DNA of 63,786 nucleotides, counting the filler, from Hausera hauseri (lineage: Eukaryota): NCBI GenBank assembly GCA_046269625.1. It is 12 parts of 12 records of this genome, joined end to end, with 100 filler letters (N's around TTAATTAATTAA, not from the genome) between each part and the next. Parts side by side here need not be neighbours in the genome. Positions count along the whole stretch, not along the records: positions 7,436 to 13,502 come from JBJURY010145869.1; positions 13,603 to 19,417 come from JBJURY010184194.1; positions 19,518 to 26,037 come from JBJURY010091765.1; 9 more parts are not named here. One strand, written 5' to 3'. Position 1 is the first letter of the stretch, and each line of letters starts with the position of its first letter. The translations under genes were made by a program, and so were the position numbers. Under the pieces are notes generated by a model, which had not been told where the DNA came from, searched no databases, and saw nothing but the letters and a program-made list of their open reading frames with translations. Positions 10,478 to 22,149 of this stretch are shown here, in pieces.

Positions 10478-10711
10478 ATGACGCCAGTGAGGGCTGCCGG
10501 AGCCGAGTGGAGGCTGGTATGTTGTTCTGTTGATGCAGACACAGAGGCAGCCAAAGCCTTCAGGTCCTCCATCACGAGTCTGGCTGTTAGTTCAACATCA
10601 GCTGTAATACCAGCAGCTTGTTCATGCACTGCAGGGCAACACGGCTCTTTTTGCAGCCACGTTGCTGCAATACTGTGGAAGAAATGCTCATCATTGGTTT
10701 CTTTGTATTAA
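10478..10711 (+). pseudogene. SWIM zinc-finger fragment of a DNA-transposon accessory ORF (ISL2EU/YqaJ-associated type)
   Basis: CSCTAGQHGSFCSHVAAIL fits the CxC..CxH SWIM motif. Confidence 0.6.
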
Positions 10712-10970
10712 TGACTTGACATGCATTTGTAATGATAGTGTGCACCTACTGTTTTTAGTTTGGAGCAAGCCTGGATGGATATTTGTACTCAGCGCAGCTC
10801 CTACGGATTAAATGTCCTCTAAATAGCTTCATTTCATTTTCAGACTTTCTATCGGCCACATTGTGACATCAGATGCTTAGAAGATGAGAAGTACCTCATT
10901 CTTCCCAATGGGCAAAGTGGATTCTACCTCCAGGTGAGTAAATGCTGTAAGTTACAATATATGAATTATT

Positions 10971-11209
10971 GGGGGAGGTTAGAGAAGGTGGGCCTGTGAT
11001 TGGAAAGGCTCAGGTTCAACTCCCGGTACGGTCAACATCAAAATGTGGGTGGAAAAGGTGAAACACCCACACCTGCCTCCACCCTCATTCACCCCACTCT
11101 GGGCCCCTGAGCAAGGCCCTTAACCTCCACCATCTGCTCCCTAAACAGGTCTCTGTTGAAAATGAGTTCTCGTGACTCAATGACACTACCTGCATAAATA
11201 AAGGGTCAA
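10971..11209 (+). mobile_element. teleost-type tRNA-derived SINE with LINE-derived tail
   Basis: B box GGTTCAACTCC at 11013-11023; core GGGCCCCTGAGCAAGGCCCTTAACC; tail ..AATGAGTTCTC..CTACCTGCATAAATAAAGG resembling fish Rex/HpaI-type 3' ends. Confidence 0.7.
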
Positions 11210-11732
11210 TGCAGGGGCGTTTTTAGGGTCTTGAAACATTGGGGGCTTTAGCTAAGACCCCTTATTCATCCTCTTCCCTATTTAAAAAGTGCCCCTCAAG
11301 TCTTTATCAATTTTTCAGACTATTATTGTTATATTTTGTTTATTTATCATACACAGTCACAATTAATTTCTGTCAGCAGTGGAAAATAACATTTATAAAA
11401 ACCATATACTGCTGCTGCTATATTTACTTTTTAAAGTGAACTAAACATTCTTTAAGAGTATTTGCTTATTTTATTTAACAAGAGCTGATTTAAAAGTGTG
11501 AGCCAGACTCCTTCGTTTTCTGCTACGGACAACTCTGACCTTCACTAATGGAACCAGTGTTGCCAGGTGAGAAATGTAGGATTATCGTACTAGACACATG
11601 AAATTATCGTATTTTGAGGGAAATTATCGTACACCCGTCATAACCAATATAACAAGTCTATTAATGCGCTATAGTCACTCTATTGTTAAATAGCGTCTAA
11701 CGGGCACTCACAGCTTTGTGGTGTCAATACGG

Positions 11733-11776
11733 GTGGGAACCAGACATTAATACGTATTAATGTCTGTGGTGGGAAC
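11733..11776. repeat. 26-bp perfect palindrome flanked by 8-bp direct repeats (miniature element or footprint)
   Basis: GTGGGAAC-CAGACATTAATACGTATTAATGTCTG-TG-GTGGGAAC. Confidence 0.75.
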
Positions 11777-11823
11777 TAATGAGGCCCCCCTTATTCTTCT
11801 TGTTTTGTTTTATGGCGGTTGGC

Positions 11824-12004
11824 TATGGAAGCCCATTTCCGCCACTCTATTAAAAAAAAATAGCAGAAATTATCTCAAAATAATTAGATAGTTTCTCATT
11901 ATAATGAGATAGTATCTCTCATTATAATGAATGAGATACTATCTCATTATTTTGAGATCATTTTTTTTTTTTTTTTTATAGAGTGGTGGAAATGGGCTTA
12001 CATA
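11824..12004. mobile_element. palindromic MITE with TA ends
   Basis: 27-bp TIRs TATGGAAGCCCATTTCCGCCACTCTAT with 2 mismatches; internal TCTCATTATAATGAGA palindromic repeats. Confidence 0.85.
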
Positions 12005-13776
12005 TTTGGCAGACCAACTGTAAGGTGCATTACGACCATTGAGCTGGAGTGTGGACAGGAGACAAACAGAAAAGAAAAGAAAAAACTAATTCTGTAAAAT
12101 TAATTTAATAACTCAACTAAATTCTCTCTATTAAGTTTGTATTTTTAAAGAAAATAATAACTTGATCTTTAACTTTACTGATATCACTACTAAAAACATC
12201 CCTAATTGTAAATTTAAAGGCTGTGTGACATGTGTAAGGAGTAATGGGGGTCTCCCATAAACCTTAATTAATTATTCTGAGACTAATTCAAGTCCAAATA
12301 ATATTAATTGATTATTTAAACACGGATTCTTTTCATTTTTCAGGATTAAACAAACATTCTGTGTTCTTTGAATAAGTGGTGACATGAGACGTCATTTATA
12401 TTTGACCCATCAACAAATGCGGTCATTTATTAATGAAATCATATAAAACAACATCACATATGTACACTTTGATTAGCTGATTTAATTTCCTATAAATTAA
12501 CTTCAACAGATAAACATTATGCTTCCATAATTTTCAACTGTGAACATTTATAGAGCAACAGACATAGTCATTAGATGGTAAATAACTTATATCTGAAGGC
12601 ATAATAAGCTTATTCTATTGGCGAGGAGAGTTTTAAGAAGAAAGTTTTGAGAGGAGGAGGAAATAAAGATGGATGGATGGGTGTCGTTATTTTGAAATGT
12701 GTTTAACCAGAAGTGACACGGCGTTCTCAGTCTCTACTCAGCTAAACTCAGCTACGCTTCGTAACATCGCCGACTCGTTACCTGGGAGTTGAAGGGTCTC
12801 TCAGGAAGAGCAGAAGTCCAGCTCGGAGTTCAACAGGTCCTTGGGCCGTCGACCAGCTGGTCAGAAGTTACGTTCAGCGTCCCCGCTGGTTCGCCGAGAA
12901 CAAAACAAGAGTAACGTCTATTTCTGGTTGCTTTTCAAAATAAAATGATTCCTTAGAAGGAATCATTGTTAAAAATCTTTAGAGCTTTTGCTCTGGTGAA
13001 CGGTTTCACAGTAGGCATTCTGTGAAAACCAGCTGGCTGAACAGGTCGTTGGCACTTGACCAAAATTCAGCAGCTCAAGGAGAAAGTTCTCTCTGCTCCA
13101 GAACTCTCAAAACTCTGACTCTGTCGTCCATCCGAGAGTCAAACTCAAACTGAACTGTTTTCAGTAAGTTTTAAGATAGTGTTGACGTGAAGTCAAGGTG
13201 ACAGATTATTTAAGAAAAGATAGAGAAAGTTATAGTAGCATTGTTTAGAAAAAAGACAGACAGAAGTCGCCAAATTCTTGATTAACTATAATAACATTTC
13301 TTAAACAAACTGAAAGGGGTCAACTTGACTGCTCTTGACCTGTGACCAATTTAAACGTTATTCATTTGCACACTCTTGAAATGTAAGATCAAAATTACTT
13401 TTGAAATAAAACATTTAAACGTATGATGAAGTCTAATGAGGTTTAAAAATCATTAATACTGTTTCACAGTTGATTTAAAATGATTATTTCAACATTGGAA
13501 ATNNNNNNNNNNNNNNNNNNNNNNNNNNNNNNNNNNNNNNNNNNNNTTAATTAATTAANNNNNNNNNNNNNNNNNNNNNNNNNNNNNNNNNNNNNNNNNN
13601 NNTCTCACTCTTATGGACCTATTTATGGAATTATTAGTAGTAGATCTACACTGGTGTCAAACACCGTCTTCAGATGTCGAAAAGCTCAATCGTCAAACTT
13701 CAGTTACTTCGCTGGAACGTCTATCAAAACGATTAATCTAAATAATGAAAATTGCGTTGAAATTCCATTTTGTTGG

Positions 13777-13956
13777 AAAATTGTCAAGCCATGTTTGAAA
13801 CCACCATTCGAGTCATGTTTGAAAGAATTGAGAAGTTGCAGTTGTACCGATGAAACTAGTCTCGGACTTCTCTGTGATTAAATATTCAATAAGGCCATCA
13901 AAAAACCGGGATTAGCTAAATTCTATTCGAGATTCTGCAGTCGAATTTTCGATTTG
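13777..13956 (+). pseudogene. MIF4G (eIF4G-like) fragment
   Basis: FESCLKEL...DETSLGLLCD*IFNKAIKKPGLAKFYSRFCSRI resembles eIF4G [30 protein letters not shown]. Confidence 0.5.
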
Positions 13957-15270
13957 AAGTGTTACAGACAACGATTGCCCTTTATGACCAAAATACTCAA
14001 AGAGCAAGGAAAATACAGTCCGGCAAAGTTGAGTACCATTGAAAAGCCATGGGAATTTAGTTTTAGTGAAGACAAGATTGATGAAATGTGGATGACAAAA
14101 CTTTGTGGTAATGTTCATCCGTTAGTCTGGGTACGATTACACAATTATCTTGTTTGGCCCGGAAAACTTATTGCACTCAATGAAGAAAGTGCTCTTGTTT
14201 TCCTTTTTGGTGACTATGATCTCAATATCGTTCCTCTCGGTTCCATGTGTATACATACCCAATCAAATCAGAAAAGGCTTACATCAAATATACTGAACTT
14301 AAACAGTCGTCGACCATCTGGAGCAGCTACTTCCCAAAACTGTGTAACAAAAGAATATCAACTTGCACTTGAACTACTCAACGTCCATTTGGAAACCATA
14401 ATGAAAAAATATCCAAATTTCTCCATTCCACCAAAGAAAATTGAATACAACGTTCAGAAAGGGGTCGAATATTATGAAAAGCTGTGTGGCAAACCGAAGT
14501 ACGACGCCGATGTTGTTGTTTTTGGATATGGTGACGATTTAATCTCAAGAAATGACAGTATTACTCAATATTCCGATAAATGCGATATGAAGTCAGATCA
14601 GGACAAATCAGATAAATATGAAGCAAACAGTGTTGCGTCATTTGCATCGTTCAATCCAAATTCAGTTGGTGTTCGAGATCAAGGAATTGCATTAACATCC
14701 ATTGACAAATTCCAAACCGGTGTACTTCAACTCCTTGATCAACTGAAAAGGGATACGATGAAAAATTCTTTTGGATCAAAAGCTTCAACATATTATCAAG
14801 ATGATGTTCCATCAAATTATTCTGATTTTACCTTTCAACCCAACCGAGAGAATGTGAAACATGTACCAACGAATAACGCTGCTGTACAGTTTTCCACTAA
14901 AGAGTTTCAAAAGGAAGAAGATCTCAGAAAATATATCACTTATCTTGAACGTTGCTTAGCTGCGTCAGATATTGAAATTCGACGTCAGGAAATACTATCA
15001 ACTATACGGCATGAAGAATACATATTAGAGTTTACAAAACAGCAGAAAGAATTAAGGAAGATTTATGAAACAGATATATTATATATTATTAAAAGTCTTC
15101 GATCAGAGGTTGAAGAGAAATCTTTGCGAACTATCCGAAAATTGAAAGCGAACGAATAGTGTGCATACTGTGGGAAATTGGCTCGATTTTATTGCTGTTG
15201 GAACACATGTTATTGTAATCACGAATGCAAGTCCAAACATTGGGATACACACAAATCAGTTTGTATTCAA
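13954..15270 (+). pseudogene. ZMYND8/ZMYND11-like PWWP, coiled-coil and MYND segment; intronless, with a nonsense codon
   Basis: PWWP WMTKLC..HPLVWVRLHNYLVWPGKL...VFLFGDYD (14089-14250). MYND CAYCGKLARFYCCWNTCYCNHECKSKHWDTHKSVC (15160-15264). The conserved Trp before the first Cys is TAG (15157-15159). Confidence 0.85.
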
Positions 15271-15507
15271 GTCAACAAACAATCCACCAATCGAACTAAC
15301 ATTTCCAGTACGCCAATTGTTCAAAATTCTCCCATTGTTCAAAATTTCTCGATTGTTCAAAATCCGCCAAATGTCATCCAACATCTTCTTTCTCGAGGAA
15401 CAGATTCGGCTAACATAAACATGGCAATCAATGGAGCGAATGTCGTCGATTACATTCTCAATTATTCAAGCGCGGCTATGGAACAAAAACCTCAATCGTT
15501 CAGTCCA

Positions 15508-15600
15508 CGAAATACTAGCACAATAAGTCAAGAACAAGAAAAACATCTACGGGAATTCTTTGTAAATAATCCATATTCCACTAAATCTCATCAAGAGTGG
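15508..15600 (+). pseudogene. homeodomain helix 1-2 fragment
   Basis: RNTSTISQEQEKHLREFFVNNPYSTKSHQEW; recognition helix 3 is absent. Confidence 0.55.
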
Positions 15601-16260
15601 GTTGCTGCAAATAATGTTGTTTGTATTAACAAAGATCAGAACATATTAGATAGTCGGAAGAAAATCAAAGTAGCCATGAACGATGTCTGTCTACAAAAGC
15701 TGATTTCTAAGCAACGCGAAGCTATTTACGAGAACAATTTGCTCTTTCTCTATTACAGTAATCAAGGGGATGCTGTTGAAAACATTGCTTCGGAGTTGTT
15801 CGTCCAGAGTTCGGATTGTACCCGAGCGGTATTAACGAAGTCAGCCCAATTGTTCAAAGAAAAGCAGACATCGCAAATTTCTTGAGGAGTATCTTGATTC
15901 AATCGAAAAGAACTCCATGGGCGATAAAAGTCTCATTAAGGTCCATTTAAGTCTAGAACAATTGTATTTGACACAAGGCAGTGTATCGAGATGAACTGTG
16001 ATTCTGTGCGCATTGCCGATTGAATTCCGATACCGGTTTGGTATTTTGGCAGCCAGAGCTAGTTTCTATCTCATGTTGGAAGATAAACAGTCGGTTGTTG
16101 ACACCTTTGATACGTCTCTCGAATGGTACCGATCACAAATCGGGGTTTTGAAACGTAAAGAAAAGGACATTAGTCCTGAACGATATCAATCATTGCTGCA
16201 AATTGCAGCTGCATTCTGTCTCCGTTATCGTATGCCAGAACAGGCAGCGACACCACTTAC
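15601..16260 (+). pseudogene. SRP72: SRP72 internal fragment
   Basis: ANNVVCINKDQNILDSRKKIK...KLISKQREAI...AQLFKEKQ and, after a frameshift, LYLTQG...EDKQSVVDTFDTSLEWY...SLLQIAAAFCLRY match the SRP72 TPR region. Confidence 0.85.
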
Positions 16261-17032
16261 AAATTCTGGTGTATTTTCTCTTAATAAAAATAACAAAATC
16301 TTCATATTTGTCTTCCCAATCACATGATGATTTTCACAATGACGTAAAGTGGTTTTCCAACTCTGCTACCCCAACAACAATCAAACTGAAAACAACCCAA
16401 ACACCATCAACACCTTTTCAGAAACAGGTTTTACAGCTTAAAAGGCTGCTTCAACAGAGTCAGAGGCCTCCATTGTCAACAATCCGCTTTGCTTCTGCGT
16501 CATCACTTAGTTCAGATAAACCTTCATTTAATATCGATTCTTTCAATATTTCTTCGACATCACAGACAATTTTTGACATAAATTCATCTATTCATGATTC
16601 CCTTCAAAGTAGTTCAAATTCCGATTTTAATCTCGCTGATAAAAACAGTCTCACTACCGTTAACAAAGGTGCAATCTTTCAACATGTTATACTGAATGAA
16701 ATGCGTAAAAACAATAACGCCAACGACGTACTTACCAACACTATCACTTCTTTCTTTCATGTCTGCCATCTTGCCCACAACTGCAACAATAAACACGTTT
16801 TTCTGTCGCAAATTATCATCTGGAATTCATTCCAAAGATAAACATTGATGATGGTGATAGTATATCCATTCGGAAATCAGGTAAAATTGTTGGGAAAGCT
16901 AGCTGCAATGTTAACAATCTGGAAGCCGTTGAGGAAATGGAAAATCAGGAAACCAATGATCCCGACTACAAATCCAATCTCGAACTTGAGAATTGTTTAG
17001 TTCCGCCGTATAACAAACAAGTGTCAGTTCTG

Positions 17033-17242
17033 AACGGACATTTAGAAGTTGTGAAATTCTTGTTAGATTCCGGTTCTGAAATCGAGGCTATGGTGGAATG
17101 AACAAAAGAAACCGCATTGACATTGACTTGTGCCAACGGCAAATTGGAAATAGTTGAAGAACTCGTCAACAAAAATGCCATGATCGAACACCGCAATATA
17201 TCCGATTACACTCCATTAAGTTTGGTAGCATCCGGCGGTTAC
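17033..17242 (+). pseudogene. Mask/ANKHD1/ANKRD17 ankyrin-repeat fragment
   Basis: GHLEVVKFLLDSGSEIEAMVE*TKETALTLTCANG...EHRNISDYTPLSLVASGGY; TGA at 17099 replaces a conserved Arg. Confidence 0.85.
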
Positions 17243-18039
17243 TTTACTGTCAGTATTCTCCATTTCTTGAAGAGCGAGAATCAGTCGACGAGCTTAAAAT
17301 TCGTTACAATTCTTCAAAATATCCTCCTAAAGTCTCCCAGAAACAATCTATTTACCAAAAGAAAGAACTAACATTCAAGAAGTGTCGACGAGACCGGCAT
17401 CTACTTGATCAACAAGGATGATCCACTGGGGAAAACACTACAGATGTGGCCAAATTCGACACCCAGGACTCAGATATTCAAACACAGGTGGGTGAGGTTC
17501 TTTTTACTGATTTATGCCCACCGGTGCGGTCATGTTCTTCGCATTTACAAATTCTTCATAGCTCCCACCATTTTCCACTTTAAAAGGTTTTTCAGCTTAA
17601 TATCTTTGGACACTCCTTTACTCCAATCATCACTTGCCACCGCTATCCCGACTGCACGCCCATATCTTTTGTTAACACGGAAGCAAACCGCACAAGCTCC
17701 TTTTGCAATTTACCATTTTCCTGGAATTGCTTCGCTGCAACTGTCCTTTATCTTTAGTAACAATCAGCACATAACGACAATTAAGGCTCCACTCAGTTTC
17801 ACGGCGCAGCTACTATACACCACTCTATCCTCCTCACTTGACACTGCCAATTTCTATTTCACACATCGAGGTATCACTGTACATACCGTCGACTCACTCT
17901 TGTCTTTTGTATGCCACGAACGTCCAGTCATCCACCTTATGCTCTATTTTCGCCTCCGGGGTAGATCGGATCCAAATCCATCCTGCTCGGATGACAAATA
18001 CACAAACTCGGGCAACATCTATAGTTTGCAACACTCCCC

Positions 18040-19417
18040 ACAGGCTCGAGTTTCGCTAAATTTGCCTTGTGTGGAGTTTTTTCTTGGTAAAAACAACTCC
18101 AGCACACCATGGCTCCAATTTCACCAACAGTGGCTTAAATCCAACAACATCACAGATTTTTTTGTGCGAGCCAATAGCCTTTTAATTCTGCGTGCCAACG
18201 TCAAGCAGCAGATTAATAAAATCTCCGAGCTGTTACAATCCTCGACACCTTACGAGACACTTTGTGAAGCTGTACTGCATGTCACGGATCCTTCGATTGA
18301 CAAAATAATACAAAATTATTTTAATGACCACGCAATAGGAAACCAAAAGCCATCCGACTTTTTCCAAACGGTCATTCTGCAGCTTAGCGCGCTAGGAGTG
18401 ACCCCTACGAATAACGCGGATTTAATTTGCCGTTATTTCTAATCGTCTTTGCCCACCTCAATTACAGGCTTACTAATCGTTGTTGACGAATCCGCTGCTA
18501 TCGAAAAACTGGCAATAATGGCTGACAAATCCTTTGAGATTCTTCATACTAACAATTCTCTCCCTGTTGCTTCTGCAACCACATGTGCTCCAACTACAAA
18601 TACAACACTCTTTACTCAACAATTGCAAATGATGCAGCAACAGTTTGACATGTTACAACAATCGATTTTGGCCATTACTACCCAACTAAATAATCTTAAT
18701 GGGCCTCGACGAAGTGAAACCAGACAATCACGGGAGCGAAGCACTTCAGTGCACTCTTCTCGGCCCATTTCACCTGGCGGACGTATGACTTGTTTCCACC
18801 ACACGCGTTTTCGAAAGGAAGCAAGGAAATGTTTCTCGGGCTGTCGACTTTTTAATGAGCGATACGCTGTAAATAACCCTATTTGTATATACCACAATTA
18901 ATATCAGTCACAGGCCAAATTATGTGTGCCTGCTTGTTGACATTACAACAAAAAATCTTCTAGCTTTTCTTCCTCTTCTTCCTTTCCTCCAAATTCTCCA
19001 AAAAACTCATAATGACGCCAGAATGTACGGCACCTTCTGGCGCAGGCAACATCGCTCAATCTTCTGGCAGTTTCAACACTGCCTCTGCAGTTTTTCTGTT
19101 GAAGGCTGCACTTTTATGTAGTGATACTTCACATATTGACTTCCTTATAGACTCAGGAGCTGCCTTTTCACTCCTTCCGTTGTCTTTCACCTTACATCCA
19201 CCACAACGTCCTGTCCTCCACTTTTCACTGCCAGTGGACAACCGTTGCACGTTGCAGGTACCACAGAATTGACTTTTGCATTCGCCAACTTGCCAGATAA
19301 GATTGTCTGGATGTTCCATGTGACCAACATTAAATCGCCCATAATAGGCTCAGATTTTCTTGCCGCACATGATCTATTGGTAGATTGCAAATACAGCTGT
19401 CTTCTCAGCAGAAACTC
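18040..19417 (+). mobile_element. CsRn1/Kabuki-like Gypsy gag-protease, degenerate
   Basis: GNQKPSDF gag motif, two CHCC motifs, AAAAAAC slip site at 19000, protease FLIDSGA. Confidence 0.85.
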
Positions 19418-19952
19418 NNNNNNNNNNNNNNNNNNNNNNNNNNNNNNNNNNNNNNNNNNNNTTAATTAATTAANNNNNNNNNNNNNNNNNNNNNNNNNNN
19501 NNNNNNNNNNNNNNNNNACGGTTTTCGTTACTTTACGAACAGTTTCGAAATCTTTTCTATACATAACAGTTTTGTCGATTTCTGTTGTGACCCAAGATAC
19601 ACAAAGCTATACACTACCGCCACTGGCAGAATAATACAAAGCTACACGCGTACGAATAACGCATGTCCGCTTTATGCGAAAACAGTAATAAAGACATTCA
19701 AAGGGTCCCTCCTGCAAAAGGCAAAGACGAAAACAATTTATCAACTCTTACATTCGGCACAGTTGTCCAAAACGAATTCTGCAGCCGACAGTCAACAATA
19801 CCAATCAACAATTTCTCATACCTTGGTTCTTTTTACATTGCCAGCAAATATGAAGGTCGACAGATATGGGTTTCGAGACGACTTTTTGTCCGACGTAACC
19901 CTGATCCACAGCAATTGTATGATACAATGATTAAAATAATGGGCTGACACTC

Positions 19953-21188
19953 GTGACACGTAAGATGGTTGATGTCGTTATACAGCATATCGCGGAATAT
20001 GAAACAACACTAAATTTTCTTGAAACAAATTTGAAGATGCACGACGACTATGCGTCCGATAGTCAAATGGCTGACTCCAGCTGTTTGACTGATCATTTGC
20101 CCCACATTGGCAAAGAGCACGATTTAATTTCTCACGATTTCCCTCAGGATCAAGTTGAGTTATCCGTTGACAACTTTGAGCCTATTGAGCTTTCGCCTAC
20201 AGGACGAAAATTATCAAGGTCATTTGATGAAGACAAACCTGGTTCAAGATCGACTTATGCATCTACTGATGCAAACAGGGAACGAATTATGGCGGATTTG
20301 CACCTGACAGATAGTGAAGATGAAGATAATCATGATATAATAACGTGTGACGTATTTGTCGTCAAAACTAAATCGTACGTTTCTGTTGACCAAGTTATTG
20401 GTATTTTACTGGAAGTAGGTATACTACCCTCCATTCCAGGGTCAAGTGTGGTTGTTTTTATACCGAAATACTTCGTTATACACGTTGGCCATATGGGATC
20501 CAGTCACCTTCCAACGATATCCGACATTACACACTTTTCGGGTATTGCCTACGATTCACTCCTTTGGCACAAACTCAATTCCGTAAGATTTCAATCAACA
20601 CGTGTTCCACTTATACTCGATGATTCGTGGTTTGAACAGGTGGACGGACTATATTCAACAGATCTGCGTCAAATTACATTGAATACGATACTATCTCTTT
20701 TGTTGACATGTATTAAATATAATATAGTCTATTATGGTTATCCGTCTTTCTTCGATACCTCAGAATTACTTTTGTCAAATGTACTTTTCCATATCGAGTG
20801 TGCCAGTTCTCGATGCCGATTCACAGTTTTCTTTTGTGGTTTTTTATTTGTTGCCGATGAAAACAAAGTAGACATACATGTCTTTTATCCTAATTCCAAT
20901 AATTCTAATCATTCGAATACCGTTACAAATGCAGATACTTTTAGAGTGTTAAATACAATAGTTGCAATCGAAATCGCCCGTCGGTTTCAGAATACGACCG
21001 ATTTCGACAAATTTATTATGTCTGACAATGCAGAAATGTGCCTTGTTATAAATTTCGATGAGCTGGAATGGATGAACATATTTTGTAAACCTTTCAAAAT
21101 TTTACTTCGCGCACAGTCACATTTCAACCAATTACGCAGTTTATTTAATTTTAATTATAACGGCAACTATTATCGACGGTATTTTTAA
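19953..21188 (+). CDS. hypothetical 411-aa ORF (possibly continuous with 19663-19947 via a frameshift)
   Basis: Long open frame in AT-rich DNA; acidic N-half; no recognised motif. Confidence 0.4.
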   Translation: MTRKMVDVVIQHIAEYETTLNFLETNLKMHDDYASDSQMADSSCLTDHLPHIGKEHDLISHDFPQDQVELSVDNFEPIELSPTGRKLSRSFDEDKPGSRSTYASTDANRERIMADLHLTDSEDEDNHDIITCDVFVVKTKSYVSVDQVIGILLEVGILPSIPGSSVVVFIPKYFVIHVGHMGSSHLPTISDITHFSGIAYDSLLWHKLNSVRFQSTRVPLILDDSWFEQVDGLYSTDLRQITLNTILSLLLTCIKYNIVYYGYPSFFDTSELLLSNVLFHIECASSRCRFTVFFCGFLFVADENKVDIHVFYPNSNNSNHSNTVTNADTFRVLNTIVAIEIARRFQNTTDFDKFIMSDNAEMCLVINFDELEWMNIFCKPFKILLRAQSHFNQLRSLFNFNYNGNYYRRYF

Positions 21189-22149
21189 CCATACTTTTCG
21201 AAAGGTATAAATTATATGTTTAAAATTAAAAACTCGCATTCAACGTTGACGTCTTTCCAACTTTTGCACCCTGAAGGCAATAAAACGGATACAAAGAAGT
21301 GCCATAGCTTGGAATAGACTTATAGCCACTCATAATTGGATCAATGGAACCATTGATAATTTCTCAGGAATTACTTTAATAAACGGTGTGATGTCATTTT
21401 CGTATTTTAATCATCGGAAATATGCAACTTATGTCCTCAGTATATTCAGTGATCTATAATTACATCAAAACTTTCGATCAATGCGGCAAACTATAGTGCC
21501 GAACATAAGCGTTTCTTCTTCCTCAATGGATTTTATTTTCTATCTTAATTCCACCCAGCCCGTTTATCAATATATTGCAAGAATACAAATGTCTGCGTAG
21601 GGTAATAGATTCTGGTGCCATCACTTCTATCCCTCACGTAGCACCTTCGGTTGGACTCTACGACAGACATCACACTATGACTCCAATGTTTCGACGCAGT
21701 TGTGGTGGAACCGCGCCTCCAACTGTCAACCCAACGGCTGTGGGACACGGAGAGCGATATGAATGGATACCGTACTGTCCAACCGGCTATCTATTACCAT
21801 CAATTTTCATTTTTTGTTTTTTAAAAAATAAATTGGCACATATTCTATATCTAATACAACATATAGATATTACACATTTACACGACCATATTCGTACAAT
21901 AACTCATCCTCGATTTTTATCTGACTCACAATGGCTTCGTCCTTGATAGTCTTCAAGACATTACCTTTTTGTCTTGCTACCGCTGTTTCACATCATTCCT
22001 CGAGTCCGTGGTGGAATGCAATCCTCTTCCACAAACGACAACGCGGACGATCCTGCTAAACCTAAATCGATCATTTACCTCAACAAACAGTCTAACCTTA
22101 AACCGTCAATACCTCCACAAAACCCTTATAAGACCTCTCTGCTTAAGTA

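Noticed and set aside
12700-13300. Possible fish ERV LTR
   Set aside because: No termini, PBS or PPT could be defined.
15720-15810. CNOT2 NOT-box-like LLFLYYSNQGD..ASELF
   Set aside because: The flanks on both sides align continuously with SRP72, which explains it better.
17405-18040. N-terminal half of the 345-aa ORF as a real protein
   Set aside because: Probably LTR or leader sequence that is open by chance upstream of gag; LTR limits and PBS could not be fixed.
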